64,000 bases of DNA from the human T2T-CHM13v2.0 reference genome, Homo sapiens: NCBI RefSeq assembly GCF_009914755.1, contig NC_060939.1; one strand, 5' to 3'. This document shows, in pieces, positions 62,187 through 64,000 of this stretch. The translations under genes were made by a program, and so were the position numbers. Positions within the stretch are counted from its first letter, which is position 1; each line of letters starts with the position of its first letter. The notes beneath the pieces are model-generated. The model searched no databases, was not told the origin of the DNA, and worked only from the letters and a program-made list of their open reading frames with translations.

Positions 62187-63819
62187 TCAGTGCAACCCAA
62201 ATATCTTACAATAGGAGTTGGCTACATAAACTTGATTCCTCTTATCTGATGATTCCAACTTGATTCCAACAAAGAGGGCACCAATAGCAGCCAAAAAAAA
62301 AAGGAGCAAAGATTACAGAAAGGTAGTTCACAAGACATTAGAAAGGAAGATTTTTTAAAAAGACTAAAAATTAGTATGTACAAATTATCTTTAGGTGGTG
62401 AAATTATTGGAAATTTTCTTTCCTTTAGGTTTTTTGGCTTTTCCCAAGCTTTTTCTTTGAACATGTATTCCTTTTGTATTGAGGGGAAAGTGCTACTTTG
62501 ATTAAAGGCAGGCTTTTGAGCAGGAGTGGCAGGATCAAAGCTGAACTTTAGGATTAATTCGACTGTGGCATTTAGCCTAGACCAGAGGGGAAGAAGAGAA
62601 GGACGGGAAGGGCAGCGAGAGCCCTGTCACAACGATCTAAGCCAAAGGCTCATGAGGACCTAAACACAGGTGTTGGTAAGAGGAAAAGAAGGACCACCCT
62701 ATGTGTGCAAGGGGCTGGCATCCCTGGGCATATGGCAGGCTAATAAACATTTATTGAAATATTTTGACTTGTAGGGCTTCCTAAGGCCCCAGCTAGGGTG
62801 GATGAAAAATGGGGTCGGTTAAAGGAATCAACTGCCAACAAAGTCCCAGGCAGTCAGGTTAGTGGTGAGGTTGGCACGCTCTAGGTGGAGACAACAAAGG
62901 GCAAATTCTATCCAGTGCAGCTGGCATGGAGTTGGCACCTGCCACAAAATGCCAGGTGGAAGGTGGACTCAGCTCCTTCCATTCTTCTGTCTTTGTTTTT
63001 GCATTTATTCTAGCTTCTTTTCTCTTTCCATTTCTCATTATTGTTGTCCATTTTTAGGACTTTTACAAATACGTTATTCTTTTTCATTTCTTCCCTTCTT
63101 ACAAAATGTGAAAGAGTATAATCTGTGTGAGAGCATATGAAGAGATTCCTATAGGAGATTACTGCCGTGTTCTGTGCCTCTTTTAGTGTGCAAGAATAAA
63201 AATTTCTTATTACTTAAAAGTTCAAGTCCAAACTCCTTAGCCAAGCATTCCAAGCCCTTCACAATGTGGTCCCAACATATCTCTCCAATCTTATCTCCCA
63301 CTAGCCCATAAATAAACTGCTTCACTTGTACTATGGCCTCCAAACAGACCATACTCATATCTACCTCTGACAGCCCCTGCCCCTTCCCTAATCTCTTTGT
63401 GTCTCCATTGTACCCATTCTTCAAACAAAACCCAGCAGCCACTCCTCCACAAAATTCTTCCCAAGCATTTCAGAACATAGGGGATGTTTGCACTTGCAAC
63501 ACTAGTTGAATATCTAGTTAATACTAAGTTTTATGGAACTCCAGGCTTTATGTACATCATCTCCTGCTATTCCTGTAACTACCCAATTCCATATTATCAG
63601 CCCCCTGTTACAGATAAGTAGGAAGATGATAGGCAAAGTTAAGTAACTTGGCCAGTGTCACCTACTTAATTAAGTGGCAAAGTTGGCATTTAAACCTAGA
63701 CAGTTTGACTCTAGAACCTAGTTCTTAACTTCTGGCTGGTGGTACTGGTCTGAAGATTTTCAAATTTTTTTTCCAAGTAAGTGAATATTGTGCTTTCTTC
63801 AAATGAAAACATAATGAAA

Positions 63820-64000
63820 GGCCGGGCGCGGTGGCTCACGCCTGTAATCCCAGCACTTTGGGAGGCTGAGGCGGGTGGATCACGAGGTCAAGAGATCAAG
63901 ACCATCCTGGCCAACGTAGTGAAACCCTGTCTCTACTAAAAATACAAAAAATTAGCCAGGCGTGGTAGCGGGCGCCTGTAGTCCCAGCTACTCGGGAGGC
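63820..64000 (+). mobile_element. Alu (cut by the window edge)
   Basis: Alu consensus. Confidence 0.94.

Overview
Human (primate) genomic DNA that I recognise from its encoded peptides as the transglutaminase cluster at 15q15.2. Two paralogous genes lie in tandem on the minus strand. TGM7 is represented by coding exons 2-13 (56923 down to the stop at 39747, polyA signal at 39586-39591); exon 1 lies beyond the right edge. TGM5 is represented by coding exons 1-9 (ATG at 30141 down to 2110); exons 10-13 lie beyond the left edge. All exon boundaries were read by hand with GT/AG sites and consistent phases, and both Cys-His-Asp catalytic triads are intact. The intergenic region holds a processed ATP synthase subunit d (ATP5PD/ATP5H) pseudogene with target-site duplications (TSDs). 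The rest is repeat-rich: about 27 Alus, several L1s, LTR3/LTR16/MER39-like LTRs, MER53/MER58/MADE1 and a Y3 RNA retrocopy. Most short ORFs in the track are repeat-derived or chance. I see no convincing new multi-gene system. The best leads are (1) a 47-nt duplicate of the TGM7 last-exon splice acceptor 1.39 kb downstream, which could give an alternative hydrophobic C-terminus ending in LLLCC, and (2) a stop-free 102-nt TGM5 intron 2 containing an in-frame strong-Kozak ATG. Gene and repeat names come from recall of known sequences, not from a database search.
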